A DNA stretch of 32,000 nt from an uncultured archaeon (GTDB taxonomy: Archaea > Asgardarchaeota > Thorarchaeia > Thorarchaeales > Thorarchaeaceae), in assembly GCA_964648855.1 (NCBI GenBank), contig CAZYLT010000010.1, forward strand, positions 74,919-106,918, read 5' to 3'. A model generated the notes under the pieces. The model was not told the origin of the DNA. It did no database searches and worked only from the letters and a program-made list of their open reading frames with translations. Below, piece after piece: positions 1-8,694 of the stretch. A program made the translations under genes and the position numbers. How positions within the stretch are numbered: the stretch's first letter is position 1; the number at the start of each line of letters is the position of its first letter.

Positions 1-831
1 CGTCCTACCACAAGAAAAGCAAAATGCGCGTTCCTCAGTTCCCTCCGGCGTATTGTCTTTGAAAGGACTAAGTTCTCCTTGTGAGAATAACGCACCAAGC
101 CCCTCGACGCTTGGCTCACTGTTTGTCGAGCAGGATGTTCCCGTATCGATGTTGCGAGTAGATTTTCGCATCTCATCCATCAAGCTGTCATTTCTGTGCA
201 TTCTGGAGACTGACCCAATAGATCTCTCTTCGGTACTACCTCTACTGCGTTCATTATGCTTCGATGATCTTGGGTCGTTTCTCCAAGAGTTGCCTCTGCG
301 ACTATTATCTGGTTGAAAAACTTGGTCAAGCTTGTCAAAATCTCTTCTATAGTCGTCTGAACCAAAACCCCTATCAGTTGCCGGGCGATTTGCAGTTCTC
401 CCATCACTAGTTCTCTGCCATGACCTATCGTGTACATCATCAACCTTGGATGAATCGAGGAATTGGTAGTGTGAGTTGCCCTTCAACTGCTCATAGTCCC
501 TTTTTGTCAAACCCAAAACTTCGAGGGCGCGGTCTCTTTCCATGCATCTCTTCGAGAGCGGACAGCAATATGCCAAGCTTTCATGACATAGCGAAGCCAT
601 AGCTCTCTCTTGGCGTGACTTGAAGATGGGCGAAATTCTCTTGCGACCAAGAATCAATTCATCTCCTGCATGACGGATATCGGAATAACCTGATTGAGCT
701 AGTGCCTCTACAACTTCCTTCGCCGGATACGGTCTGCCTTCAATGACAACTGTTCCTTCTGTGCGATCCAGCCGTACAGGTTTCTCACGGTTTCGTTCGT
801 CATCATAACTAGAATATCGCGTTTTGACCAC
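1..831 (-). CDS. Hypothetical protein, 3'-truncated by the window edge: Cys-rich methanogenesis-marker-9-like domain, low-complexity linker, start of a C-terminal zinc ribbon
   Basis: Not in the ORF track (no stop inside the window). Manual translation gives an open frame from GTG at 831 to position 1. It contains CHESLAYCCPLSKRCMERDRALEVLGLTKRDYEQLK (588-481) and ends ...ERAFCFSCGRT. Confidence 0.75.
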   Translation of the reverse strand, partial: MVKTRYSSYDDERNREKPVRLDRTEGTVVIEGRPYPAKEVVEALAQSGYSDIRHAGDELILGRKRISPIFKSRQERAMASLCHESLAYCCPLSKRCMERDRALEVLGLTKRDYEQLKGNSHYQFLDSSKVDDVHDRSWQRTSDGRTANRPATDRGFGSDDYRRDFDKLDQVFQPDNSRRGNSWRNDPRSSKHNERSRGSTEERSIGSVSRMHRNDSLMDEMRKSTRNIDTGTSCSTNSEPSVEGLGALFSQGELSPFKDNTPEGTEERAFCFSCGRT

Positions 832-1032
832 CCCGGAATGGAATTAATTCTATTTGATGGTCATATTCTCGAAATACAATCCTATGTATTACCTGCGTAG
901 TTTCGCCTTTGAAGGGAATATGTGACATCAAAGAGCAGTACATGGACTTAGTAGGGTTTTTATCTGACTCATCCATTGTTTTCCTTGATGTGCTATCGTT
1001 TCCGATTATGCAGATGAGATGGCACAAAGAGG

Positions 1033-1410
1033 ATGATATACATGGGTCTTAAGGCAGTTGGAGCTGCTCAAGGTTATACGGTACTCGGTGGAATAGTGTT
1101 GGCTATCTTCGCAGTACAAATGGTTCTAGGTGGACTTGAGAATGCAGCAGGCGGAGACGTAAATGCGCTAATTGACGTAATTCTAGGAATATCCCTCATA
1201 ATAATGGTAATCTTGGCATTCGATGCCTGCGGATTCATTAATTTCAGAATTGAAAGGTCAGGTCTCTTGCTTGCCCTCATCGGATTCATATCAATCGTAA
1301 TAGTCGTACGCGGTCTAGAGATCAATATTATATCTTGGTTGACAAATCTAGGCACTCTTGCTGGATTTATGATTCTCCTTGCCGGACTACTCCTAGCGCT
1401 CAGAAAGTAG
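1033..1410 (+). CDS. Small hydrophobic membrane protein (about 4 TM), function unknown
   Basis: 125 aa with four Gly-rich hydrophobic stretches. The true start may be the ATG at 1042. Confidence 0.75.
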   Translation: MIYMGLKAVGAAQGYTVLGGIVLAIFAVQMVLGGLENAAGGDVNALIDVILGISLIIMVILAFDACGFINFRIERSGLLLALIGFISIVIVVRGLEINIISWLTNLGTLAGFMILLAGLLLALRK

Positions 1411-1425
1411 CATTGGAATGGTAAC

Positions 1426-1782
1426 ATGTCAGACGATTTGGAAGAGACCAGCAGGCTATCGACTTTTCTGATTATCTTTGGTGCTATTCTCACGGGAGTG
1501 CATGGTATCCTCTTCGTTATGAACTTCGGCAGGTGGCTAGAATTTCTCCCAACAATTGAACTTGGAAGCGTCCTAGGCAATCTGACGGGTTTGTCAATAG
1601 GGGTTCTTTTGATATTTCTCTCAATTCTTACCCTCGCGATTTCAAGTTCATTGATAGAGTTACCAGTTTCAAACAATCGAGAATGGATTCCTTTTCTCTT
1701 GCTTGGTCTATTGATGTACTTCCTTGGCGGGACACTTGGCGGGCTTTTAGTCATCATGGGTTCTCTATTGAAATTGATCTGA
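1426..1782 (+). CDS. Small hydrophobic membrane protein (about 4 TM), paralogue of 3285-3620
   Basis: 118 aa. C-terminal WIPFLLLGLLMYFLGGTLGGLLVIMGSLLKLI matches WIVLLILGILIYIFGSGLGGILVIIGAILLAL of the 3285-3620 protein. Confidence 0.8.
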   Translation: MSDDLEETSRLSTFLIIFGAILTGVHGILFVMNFGRWLEFLPTIELGSVLGNLTGLSIGVLLIFLSILTLAISSSLIELPVSNNREWIPFLLLGLLMYFLGGTLGGLLVIMGSLLKLI

Positions 1783-1880
1783 CACGTTACAATAGCTACA
1801 ATGTCTGCGGGGCCTCAATCGCAAATTAGATAATGAAGAGGGAATTGCCTATGCCTAGAATTCCATGAGGATTGTTGGCG

Positions 1881-3230
1881 ATGGACGAGAAAGATATTGA
1901 GCTTATCAGAGAATTAGGATTTGGAGAAATCACTTCTAAGGAGCTTTCAAATGAATATTGGAAAGAGAGGGCTGCAAAGGCACTCGCAATAACTACGCAG
2001 GATCGAGAAGTCTACGGCTGCCTTGACCATACCCGCGGTGAGGGTGTGAGGATTTATGATATTGAAGGAAAAGAGTACTTGGATGTCACGGGAGGAGTGG
2101 CAGTAAGGGCTCTTGGTCTTAGATACCCACCTTATCTCGAATTTGAGAGTCGTATAAATGATGTAGTCCGTGAACTCCCCGGAATGGATTTTGACGCAAT
2201 TCCTCAAACACTTCTTGCTGAACGTCTAAGCGATATCGCACCTGGTGACCATAAGAAGAGAGTCGTCTTTACAACTTCTGGAGGACGAGCAGTTGAGGGC
2301 TGTCTTAAATCTGCAATGGATCTGTCCGGGAGGACGAGATTCGTTGGATTCAGGCCCGCATTCCATGGTCGAACTGGATATGCCTTGGCTCTTACTGCTT
2401 CAAATCACAAACATAAGAACGGATATCCACAAGGCATCGACGTAATCCGTGTATCATATCCTTATTGTTATCGTTGTCCGTATGGCAAAAAGGTCGAGTC
2501 TTGCAATGTGGAATGTGTTGAGGCTCTGCGATATGCACTTCAAGTTGAAGGGACGGATATCGCCGCAACTGTGATGGAACCACTGTGTGGAGAAGGTGGT
2601 CTCATTGTACCGCCATCCAAAGCCGTGCAGGGGATGTACGATGTAACAAAAGAGCACGGTGCATATTTCATTTCAGACGAGGTCCAAGCAGGCATGGGAC
2701 GAACTGGACAATGGTTCGCAATTGAAAATCATGATGTAGTTCCCGACTATATCTGCATGGCAAAAGCCCTCGGCGGAGGATATCCGATGGGTGCTTCAAT
2801 AGGTCCAGCTCCGATGTTCACAGGCGGAAGTCGTCACTCTGAAACTTTCTCTGCGGAACCCAAAATGTCTCTGCTGTCTCTTTGGATTCTAAAGCAAATT
2901 GAAGATGGCAACTACCTAAAGAAGAATGCTGAGAAGGGAGAGTATCTGTTCAAACGATTAGAGGAGTTGAAGGAGAATAATGAGGTTGTTGGTGATGTCC
3001 GAGGAATGGGTCTCATGGTGGGCATAGAACTTGTAAAGGATAAGAAAACGAAAGAGAAGGCTCCCAAACTACGTGATCGCGTTGTCAAGAATGCAGTTCA
3101 AAAACAGGGGCTCTGGATATTGGGTTCAGGACAGAATTGCCTTCGACTAACTCCAAGCTATGTCATAACAGAGGACGAGCTGGATTCTGCTGTCGATAAG
3201 ATAGAAACCGCAATCAAGGAATCTGTCTAG
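1881..3230 (+). CDS. Class III PLP-dependent aminotransferase (GabT/ArgD-like family)
   Basis: Motifs GVRIYDIEGKEYLD, FTTSGGRAVE, AFHGRT, EPLCGEGG, FISDEVQAGMGRTG, PDYICMAKALGGG (PLP lysine) and DVRGMGLMVGIE. An alternative TTG start lies at 1872. Confidence 0.93.
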   Translation: MDEKDIELIRELGFGEITSKELSNEYWKERAAKALAITTQDREVYGCLDHTRGEGVRIYDIEGKEYLDVTGGVAVRALGLRYPPYLEFESRINDVVRELPGMDFDAIPQTLLAERLSDIAPGDHKKRVVFTTSGGRAVEGCLKSAMDLSGRTRFVGFRPAFHGRTGYALALTASNHKHKNGYPQGIDVIRVSYPYCYRCPYGKKVESCNVECVEALRYALQVEGTDIAATVMEPLCGEGGLIVPPSKAVQGMYDVTKEHGAYFISDEVQAGMGRTGQWFAIENHDVVPDYICMAKALGGGYPMGASIGPAPMFTGGSRHSETFSAEPKMSLLSLWILKQIEDGNYLKKNAEKGEYLFKRLEELKENNEVVGDVRGMGLMVGIELVKDKKTKEKAPKLRDRVVKNAVQKQGLWILGSGQNCLRLTPSYVITEDELDSAVDKIETAIKESV

Positions 3231-3248
3231 ATTAGATGATAATAGAAG

Positions 3249-3275
3249 GCCCTTGCAAGAAACGCGTGCAAGGGC
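3249..3275. terminator. Perfect 9-bp inverted repeat between convergent genes; candidate bidirectional terminator or 3' hairpin
   Basis: GCCCTTGCA (3249-3257), a 9-nt loop, then TGCAAGGGC (3267-3275), between the stops at 3230 (+) and 3285 (-). Confidence 0.55.
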
Positions 3276-3284
3276 ATTCATGGT

Positions 3285-3620
3285 TTATAGTGCTAGTAGA
3301 ATAGCTCCAATGATTACCAGAATCCCGCCCAAGCCTGAGCCAAATATATAGATCAGAATACCCAGAATCAGAAGTACTATCCAGCTCTTACCTAGTTTAA
3401 GGGCCGGTATATTGATAACTCCGCTGGTAGCCAGCGTCACGAGTGAAACAACAATCAGTATTATCCCACTAATGATTCCTCCCAAAATCCCTCCCAATTC
3501 CCAACCAATGGGGTCGAAAAGCGGAAATGAGAGCACGGCTGCTATTCCATAGATGATGCCCACAATGCCGCCGATGAGCACTAAGAGTTCTCCAAGTTTT
3601 GTCATGCTGCTTTTTGCCAT
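3285..3620 (-). CDS. Small hydrophobic membrane protein (about 4 TM)
   Basis: Start moved to the ATG at 3620 (MAKSSMTK...), which follows an AGGTGA Shine-Dalgarno motif. Gly-rich TM helices. Confidence 0.8.
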   Translation of the reverse strand: MAKSSMTKLGELLVLIGGIVGIIYGIAAVLSFPLFDPIGWELGGILGGIISGIILIVVSLVTLATSGVINIPALKLGKSWIVLLILGILIYIFGSGLGGILVIIGAILLAL

Positions 3621-3853
3621 GGTTTTTTCACCTTTAAATGAATTAAAGCGGCTTTCTGGACAGAAAGAGTCTAATGAACCTCTAACCACAGTTAATTCAT
3701 CTAGATGTTCCACTCATCTTCCTGATAATCATTTTCATTCTCCAGATGGTTATCTAAACAACAGACCGTTTCATTAACAAAAATCATAAAGCTTGGTAAT
3801 ATCCGAAGGATGATGCTGCTCTTCAGCTAAAATACGAAGTAGGCCACATCAAA

Positions 3854-5191
3854 ATGAACAGCTCCGCCAATCACAAGTTTCAGAATGATTCGGTCAAAAA
3901 AGAAGAGATTCTAGAATTTGATGGAAGCATTAGCCCAGAAATTACAATTCCAAATAACCGGGCAATTCTGATTCTCAGTAAAGACCAATCATTTCTATCT
4001 CATGGTATTCACAAATTTCCTGCGAAGTTCTTTCCAGAACTTCCTAGATATCTGATCCGGAAATACTCGCAGGAGGGCGCTACAGTTCTGGATCCAATGT
4101 GCGGCAGCGGCACTGTTCCACTAGAAGCAATGCTTGCGAATAGGGTCGGCATCGGGCTAGACATTGACCCTATTGCACGACTTATAACAAAGGTAAAAAC
4201 AAATCCGCTGCCATCGTCAGAGCTTAGACAAATTGTGGCTCTTTTGAGAAACTGTATCCATCAAAAGACTCGGGACCCGTCCTATTCGCCGGCAATTCCT
4301 TCATTTCATTATCGCGACAAGTGGTTTCGCGATTTCGTCCTCTTCGAGCTTGGGATGATATTGGAATGTATCAATGAAACATGCGAAGATGAACCAAGCT
4401 ATAGCCCTGAACTACATGATTTCCTCCGGGTTGTCTTCTCGTCCATTGTGAGAGATGTATCAAATGCAGACCCTTACTGCACAAGAACCGTTATCCGCAA
4501 GAAACAGATTCGTCGAATACAGCCCGGAGAAACCATTGGATTGTTCTTTGAATCTCTATGTCAGCAGAAGGAAGCAATGTTGGAACTTCTCGATTATTGT
4601 CGAACTAACGGCGTTTCTCGAACGCATCTCCCATTGGCAACTGCAACTCATATTCCTCTGGCTGATGACTCTATTGATTTGGCTATTACTTCTCCTCCGT
4701 ATATCAACGCAGTCGATTACACAAGAACCCATCAACTTGAGATGTATTGGTTGGATATGCTAGATGACGCTCCACTATCGGAGAGAAAGAGGAAATACAT
4801 AGGTACAGAAACTGTTTACAAGAGTGAGTACAAGGGTCTAAGAATCTCGGGATACAAATCCTTAGATCCATTGCTTCATTCTATTCATGAGGTGGATCCT
4901 CGACGCTCTTTCATCGTGTACAAGTTTTTTGAGGATATGAGAATCCAACTATCAGAAACGTTGCGAGTCCTCAAACCGGATGGAAAATACTGTATTGTTA
5001 TTGGAAATAACACAGTCAGGGGGCATGAGGTGAACTCTCATGAGATTCTCTCTGAAATTGCCACATCAGATGACATTGGATTCCAGCTGGAGAAGAAGTT
5101 CTTCTCTCTGCTGATTCGGCACTTCATTAAAATTCCTCGACCCGAAAGAATGAATGGGGAATGGGTCTTGATCTTCCGGAACCCCAAATGA
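3854..5191 (+). CDS. Site-specific DNA amino-methyltransferase, probably N4-cytosine; no adjacent restriction enzyme
   Basis: HGIHKFPAKF precedes the SAM-binding VLDPMCGSGT. The catalytic ITSPPY comes later, followed by RVLKPDG..IVIGN. SPPY is typical of m4C MTases. Confidence 0.88.
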   Translation: MNSSANHKFQNDSVKKEEILEFDGSISPEITIPNNRAILILSKDQSFLSHGIHKFPAKFFPELPRYLIRKYSQEGATVLDPMCGSGTVPLEAMLANRVGIGLDIDPIARLITKVKTNPLPSSELRQIVALLRNCIHQKTRDPSYSPAIPSFHYRDKWFRDFVLFELGMILECINETCEDEPSYSPELHDFLRVVFSSIVRDVSNADPYCTRTVIRKKQIRRIQPGETIGLFFESLCQQKEAMLELLDYCRTNGVSRTHLPLATATHIPLADDSIDLAITSPPYINAVDYTRTHQLEMYWLDMLDDAPLSERKRKYIGTETVYKSEYKGLRISGYKSLDPLLHSIHEVDPRRSFIVYKFFEDMRIQLSETLRVLKPDGKYCIVIGNNTVRGHEVNSHEILSEIATSDDIGFQLEKKFFSLLIRHFIKIPRPERMNGEWVLIFRNPK

Positions 5192-5273
5192 AGCTGCTGC
5201 ATACTTTGAGGCCAAAGCTTATGTGTCCACAGGAGTCTTGAAAGCCACTCAACTAAATGGAGGTACAACATTT

Positions 5274-5532
5274 ATGGCAACAAATCTAAGGTGGGATCGC
5301 GTTTGCCAAGCGCTCATTCTTAGCATTACCTCCGTCTGCGAAATTCTTGTACGTTCTTCTGAAGCGTAATCGCCGCCTTTCAAGGCAGCAGCTGATTACC
5401 AGAACATTTCTTCCTCCGCGAACTGTGAATTATGCTATCAGTCGCTTGAAAGAACTAAATCTACTGGAAGAAGAGGAACATGATACGGATGCTCGTGAAC
5501 GGATATATGTGCTAGCTGCTGCTCCAATGTAG
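5274..5532 (+). pseudogene. Small winged-helix (MarR-like) regulator with an apparent 1-nt frameshift near its 5' end
   Basis: The wHTH frame (FAKRSFLALPPSAKFLYVLLK...LPPRTVNYAISRLKELNLL...DARERIY) has an upstream stop at 5287-5289 and no canonical start before the conserved LPPSAK. An ATG at 5274 with GGAGGT at 5259-5264 is in another frame. Confidence 0.6.
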
Positions 5533-5662
5533 GATTCAAAGGCGACGGACAATTCGGATATTGTAATTAAATATCCATATGTATAGTGGTAGCCAGGTTT
5601 CTCCAAAAGCCTCATAACCAAGTCCTCTGGCATTGAAATAACAGGAGTTCAAGGACGTATCA

Positions 5663-7024
5663 ATGGTGGACTATTACAAACAGGCAGATGTACGCCCCAT
5701 AGGCGAGGATCGAAGAAACCACTATACATATGAAATAGGAAAAGGTCTCATTGGCAAGCAGGTTACTTTGGTTGGTTGGGTACATATTCTCAGAGATAAG
5801 GGAAAAATCAAGTTCCTTATTCTTCGTGATGAGCGAGGAACAACTCAAATCACCATTCCTAAGAAGCGAGTACCTAAACAAGTCTTTGAAATCTCCGAGA
5901 ACCTGAAACCTGAAACAGCTGTACTCGTCAAAGGAGAAGTTGTTGCGACTGATTTTCTTCCATCCGGTGCTGAAATCATCCCATCTGAAATCCGCGTGCT
6001 AAACTGGTCAGAAACAATTCCTATAGACATAGTTGAGGGAAAGGTCGACATTGACCTTGACACGCGACTGAACTATAGAGTCCTAGACCTCCGGAAACCA
6101 AGAGTGAATGCCATATTCCGGATTCAACACTCCCTAGTCAGATTCGCACGTGAATTTCTTGAACAGAATGAATTCACTGAAATACACACTCCGAAAATTG
6201 TAGCAGCAGCAACCGAGGGTGGCGCAAACCTCTTTGAAATAAAGTACTTTGAAAAGCCAGCCTATCTAGCTCAGAGTCCTCAATTCTACAAGCAGCTTAT
6301 GCTCTTAGCGGGCTTTGGAAGGGTCTTCGAGATTGCCCCCGTATTTCGAGCTGAGAAACATAACACTCCAAGGCATATGAATGAATATACTTCATTCGAC
6401 TTCGAAATGGCTTGGATAAGCGGAGTTGAAGATGTGATGAAAATGGAAGAGCAGATGCTGCATCATGCCTTCAACAAGACAAAGCAAGTGGCCAGCAGGG
6501 AGCTGGAGCTTCTGGAAATTGAACTGCATGTCCCCAAACTACCCTTTGAGCGAATCAAATATGCGGAAGTCATCGACTTACTGCAAGATGCTGGAAAAGA
6601 GATTACATTGGAAGATGACTTAGATCCTGAATCGGAGCGAATGCTCGCAGACATATTTCCTGAGAAATTCGGTACCGATATGGTATTCATAACGCACTAT
6701 CCCACGGAGCTTCGCCCTGCTTATACCATGCCAAGTGTCACTGACGAGGGCATGACTGAGAGTTTTGACCTAACATACAAGGGAATGGAAATCACCACGG
6801 GCGGACAGAGAATCCATCTCTATGATCTACTTCTGGAGCGGTTCAAAGCCAAGGGGTTTGACCCGGACCGATTCGTCTTCTATCTTGACCCATTCAAGTA
6901 TGGTGCTCCTCCACATGGTGGGCTGGGTCTCGGAGTCGAGCGACTTACCATGCAACTTCTCGGCATAGAAAATATTCGAGAGGCTAGTCTTCTCCCGAGA
7001 GATCGTGACAGGATTACCCCCTAA
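5663..7024 (+). CDS. aspS: Aspartate--tRNA ligase, archaeal type, probably non-discriminating (Asp/Asn)
   Basis: OB-fold [10 protein letters not shown]; AATEGGA; [11 protein letters not shown]; motif 2 [11 protein letters not shown]; motif 3 [12 protein letters not shown]. Pro in the anticodon-binding loop (FLPSG) is as in non-discriminating enzymes. Confidence 0.97.
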   Translation: MVDYYKQADVRPIGEDRRNHYTYEIGKGLIGKQVTLVGWVHILRDKGKIKFLILRDERGTTQITIPKKRVPKQVFEISENLKPETAVLVKGEVVATDFLPSGAEIIPSEIRVLNWSETIPIDIVEGKVDIDLDTRLNYRVLDLRKPRVNAIFRIQHSLVRFAREFLEQNEFTEIHTPKIVAAATEGGANLFEIKYFEKPAYLAQSPQFYKQLMLLAGFGRVFEIAPVFRAEKHNTPRHMNEYTSFDFEMAWISGVEDVMKMEEQMLHHAFNKTKQVASRELELLEIELHVPKLPFERIKYAEVIDLLQDAGKEITLEDDLDPESERMLADIFPEKFGTDMVFITHYPTELRPAYTMPSVTDEGMTESFDLTYKGMEITTGGQRIHLYDLLLERFKAKGFDPDRFVFYLDPFKYGAPPHGGLGLGVERLTMQLLGIENIREASLLPRDRDRITP

Positions 7025-7083
7025 TAGGGTATGATTCTAGTCGGATACACCGGTACTTCGGACCTCAACCCAATAATACTCTC

Positions 7084-7127
7084 TTTTAAAGGAGCACACA
7101 ACAAAATTCGTTTAGTAGTCTAGACTA
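7084..7127 (+). promoter_or_regulatory. Candidate TATA box with a perfect 12-bp palindrome near the expected transcription start of the ESCRT-II gene
   Basis: TTTTAAA at 7084-7090 and TAGTCTAGACTA at 7116-7127. Confidence 0.4.
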
Positions 7128-7159
7128 GACAAGAAACCAGTCTGAAGGGATATCTGGCG

Positions 7160-7963
7160 ATGCATGACCATATTCACCAGGAGCTTTACGCTTCAATAGC
7201 TACCTTAGATCAACTCAAGAAGATGTATGACCTTGGTGCGGTTGATATCAGGTCATTCCAGCGGGAATCTGATGCTCTCGTAAACGAAGTAAAAGGTCAT
7301 TTGGATGAGATGAGGCGCATGGGTATTGATGTTGGGGGATTCATGGCAGAACAAAGAATCTTAGACGAGTTTCCAGATGCAGCAGGATTAATCGAATTCT
7401 ACCAACACAGGTCCAGACCGGCATTAGATGGATACACAATGGATGAATATTACGATCATCTGGGGTTGGCTGTTCTAGATGTTGCTACTACACACTCTGC
7501 GAAAGGCTTGTTGGGTCTAGCGGACCTGATAGTTGAGGTTGTCAACCGTGTGCCGCAGTTCAAGTCAGTCAGCTATAATGATGTCATAGAGGCGGTCAAT
7601 AGGGTCGCAGAAAACGGACTGATTCCAGGGATACGAACTCTACGTGGTGGTGTGAAAGTTGTAGAGCTTCGTCCACTAGAGCTACGCGGCGACCAATCGG
7701 ATGTGGTTAATCTTGCAGCTACGAAGGGATATACCTCTGTGGAAGAGGTCATGATGGAGCTCAAATGGTCTGAGGACCACGCTCGTCAAGTGCTATCAAG
7801 TCTAGTTGATGCGGGAATGGCTGTTGCCGATATTCGGTTCAGTACCGGCGGTAGATACTATTTCCCTGGGTTGCATCACAAGTCCTCAGATAAGGCAAAT
7901 GGTCATGAAATGCTAGATAGAAGAAGAGATGGCCGAGACTCTCCCCCAGCTCATGGCTTGTAA
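7160..7963 (+). CDS. ESCRT-II Vps22/Vps36-like (EAP30) tandem winged-helix protein with an N-terminal Vps28-like helical domain
   Basis: EYYDHLGLAVLDV...KGLLGLADL...VSYNDVIEAV...PLELRGDQSDVVNLA..KGYTSVEEVMMELKWSEDHARQVLSSLVDAGMAVAD...YYFPG follows the Vps22/EAP30 pattern. The first ~80 aa (ELYASIATLDQLKKMY..G.VD...F) resemble the Vps28 N-terminus. Lies next to vps25 and vps4. Confidence 0.85.
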   Translation: MHDHIHQELYASIATLDQLKKMYDLGAVDIRSFQRESDALVNEVKGHLDEMRRMGIDVGGFMAEQRILDEFPDAAGLIEFYQHRSRPALDGYTMDEYYDHLGLAVLDVATTHSAKGLLGLADLIVEVVNRVPQFKSVSYNDVIEAVNRVAENGLIPGIRTLRGGVKVVELRPLELRGDQSDVVNLAATKGYTSVEEVMMELKWSEDHARQVLSSLVDAGMAVADIRFSTGGRYYFPGLHHKSSDKANGHEMLDRRRDGRDSPPAHGL

Positions 7964-7977
7964 TTCTATATTCATGC

Positions 7978-8691
7978 CTAAGAAATACGAATTTTTATTG
8001 CCGCCCTTTTCTTGTCTACCCATTCAGCGAGTTCTTGTTCCACTAGAATCCCTAGGACTGTTTTGATTTCATCTTCAGGGAGACCTGCAAAATCTTGGTT
8101 ACTTTCTTGGATTACGAGCGTCTTGACATCCAACCTAGTCTTACCTGTTTCAATAGCCCATGCATAAACGATATCCGCCCAGTCTTGTATGGGTCTCCAG
8201 TAGATCCGAAGCTGTCCATTGTTTTTTCCAATCCATTCAGCAACGTCCTTTTCAACCAGCTTTTCGGCTATGAACCTGAAGGCCTTGACTTTTCCAAATA
8301 TGTCGCAAAAGGGCGGTTCAGTAATGAAGGTTGCAAGTGATATTTTGTGTGCCGTATTCCTCTGTGCCCACTCCAAGAGGAAATCCCCCCATTCATCTGC
8401 CCAGAGATTTCGGTCATCTTCTTCGATAGGGATATGGTACATCAATTCATACTCTTTGACGCTGCCCCATGATGGCAAGAAAATCTCGGGTTCAGCTGAT
8501 ACTTCCTCGACAACCTGAGTTTTGAATTCGTCTTTGATGGTCGTTATGTCTTCTTTCTCGTCGATACTGTCCACTTCAATGGCTTCGACTTCTTGCTCTT
8601 CAATTTCATCTGTTCTTGATTCAACTGTTTCTTCTTCTGAACGATCTTTTTCTTTACTCTTCTTCTCTTTTTTGCGCTCTCTGACTCCCAC
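7978..8691 (-). CDS. vps25: ESCRT-II Vps25-like subunit with a charged, probably disordered N-terminal extension
   Basis: WADEWGDFLLEW...PPF...LVEKDVAEW...LRIYWRPIQDWADIVYAWA...FAGLPEDEIKTVLGILVEQELAEW matches the Vps25 WH-WH pattern (IxWRxxxxW). Starts 3 nt after the vps4 stop. Confidence 0.9.
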   Translation of the reverse strand: MGVRERKKEKKSKEKDRSEEETVESRTDEIEEQEVEAIEVDSIDEKEDITTIKDEFKTQVVEEVSAEPEIFLPSWGSVKEYELMYHIPIEEDDRNLWADEWGDFLLEWAQRNTAHKISLATFITEPPFCDIFGKVKAFRFIAEKLVEKDVAEWIGKNNGQLRIYWRPIQDWADIVYAWAIETGKTRLDVKTLVIQESNQDFAGLPEDEIKTVLGILVEQELAEWVDKKRAAIKIRIS

Positions 8692-8694
8692 GAA

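Noticed and set aside
53-1027. Track ORFs 53-316, 180-443, 420-602 and 809-1027
   Set aside because: The first three are shadows of the long minus-strand frame 831-<1. The last spans a likely divergent promoter region and has no recognisable motif.
3854-5532. MTase plus small HTH as a restriction-modification system with a controller protein
   Set aside because: No endonuclease ORF is adjacent, and the HTH is MarR-like winged helix rather than a Cro/XRE-type C protein.
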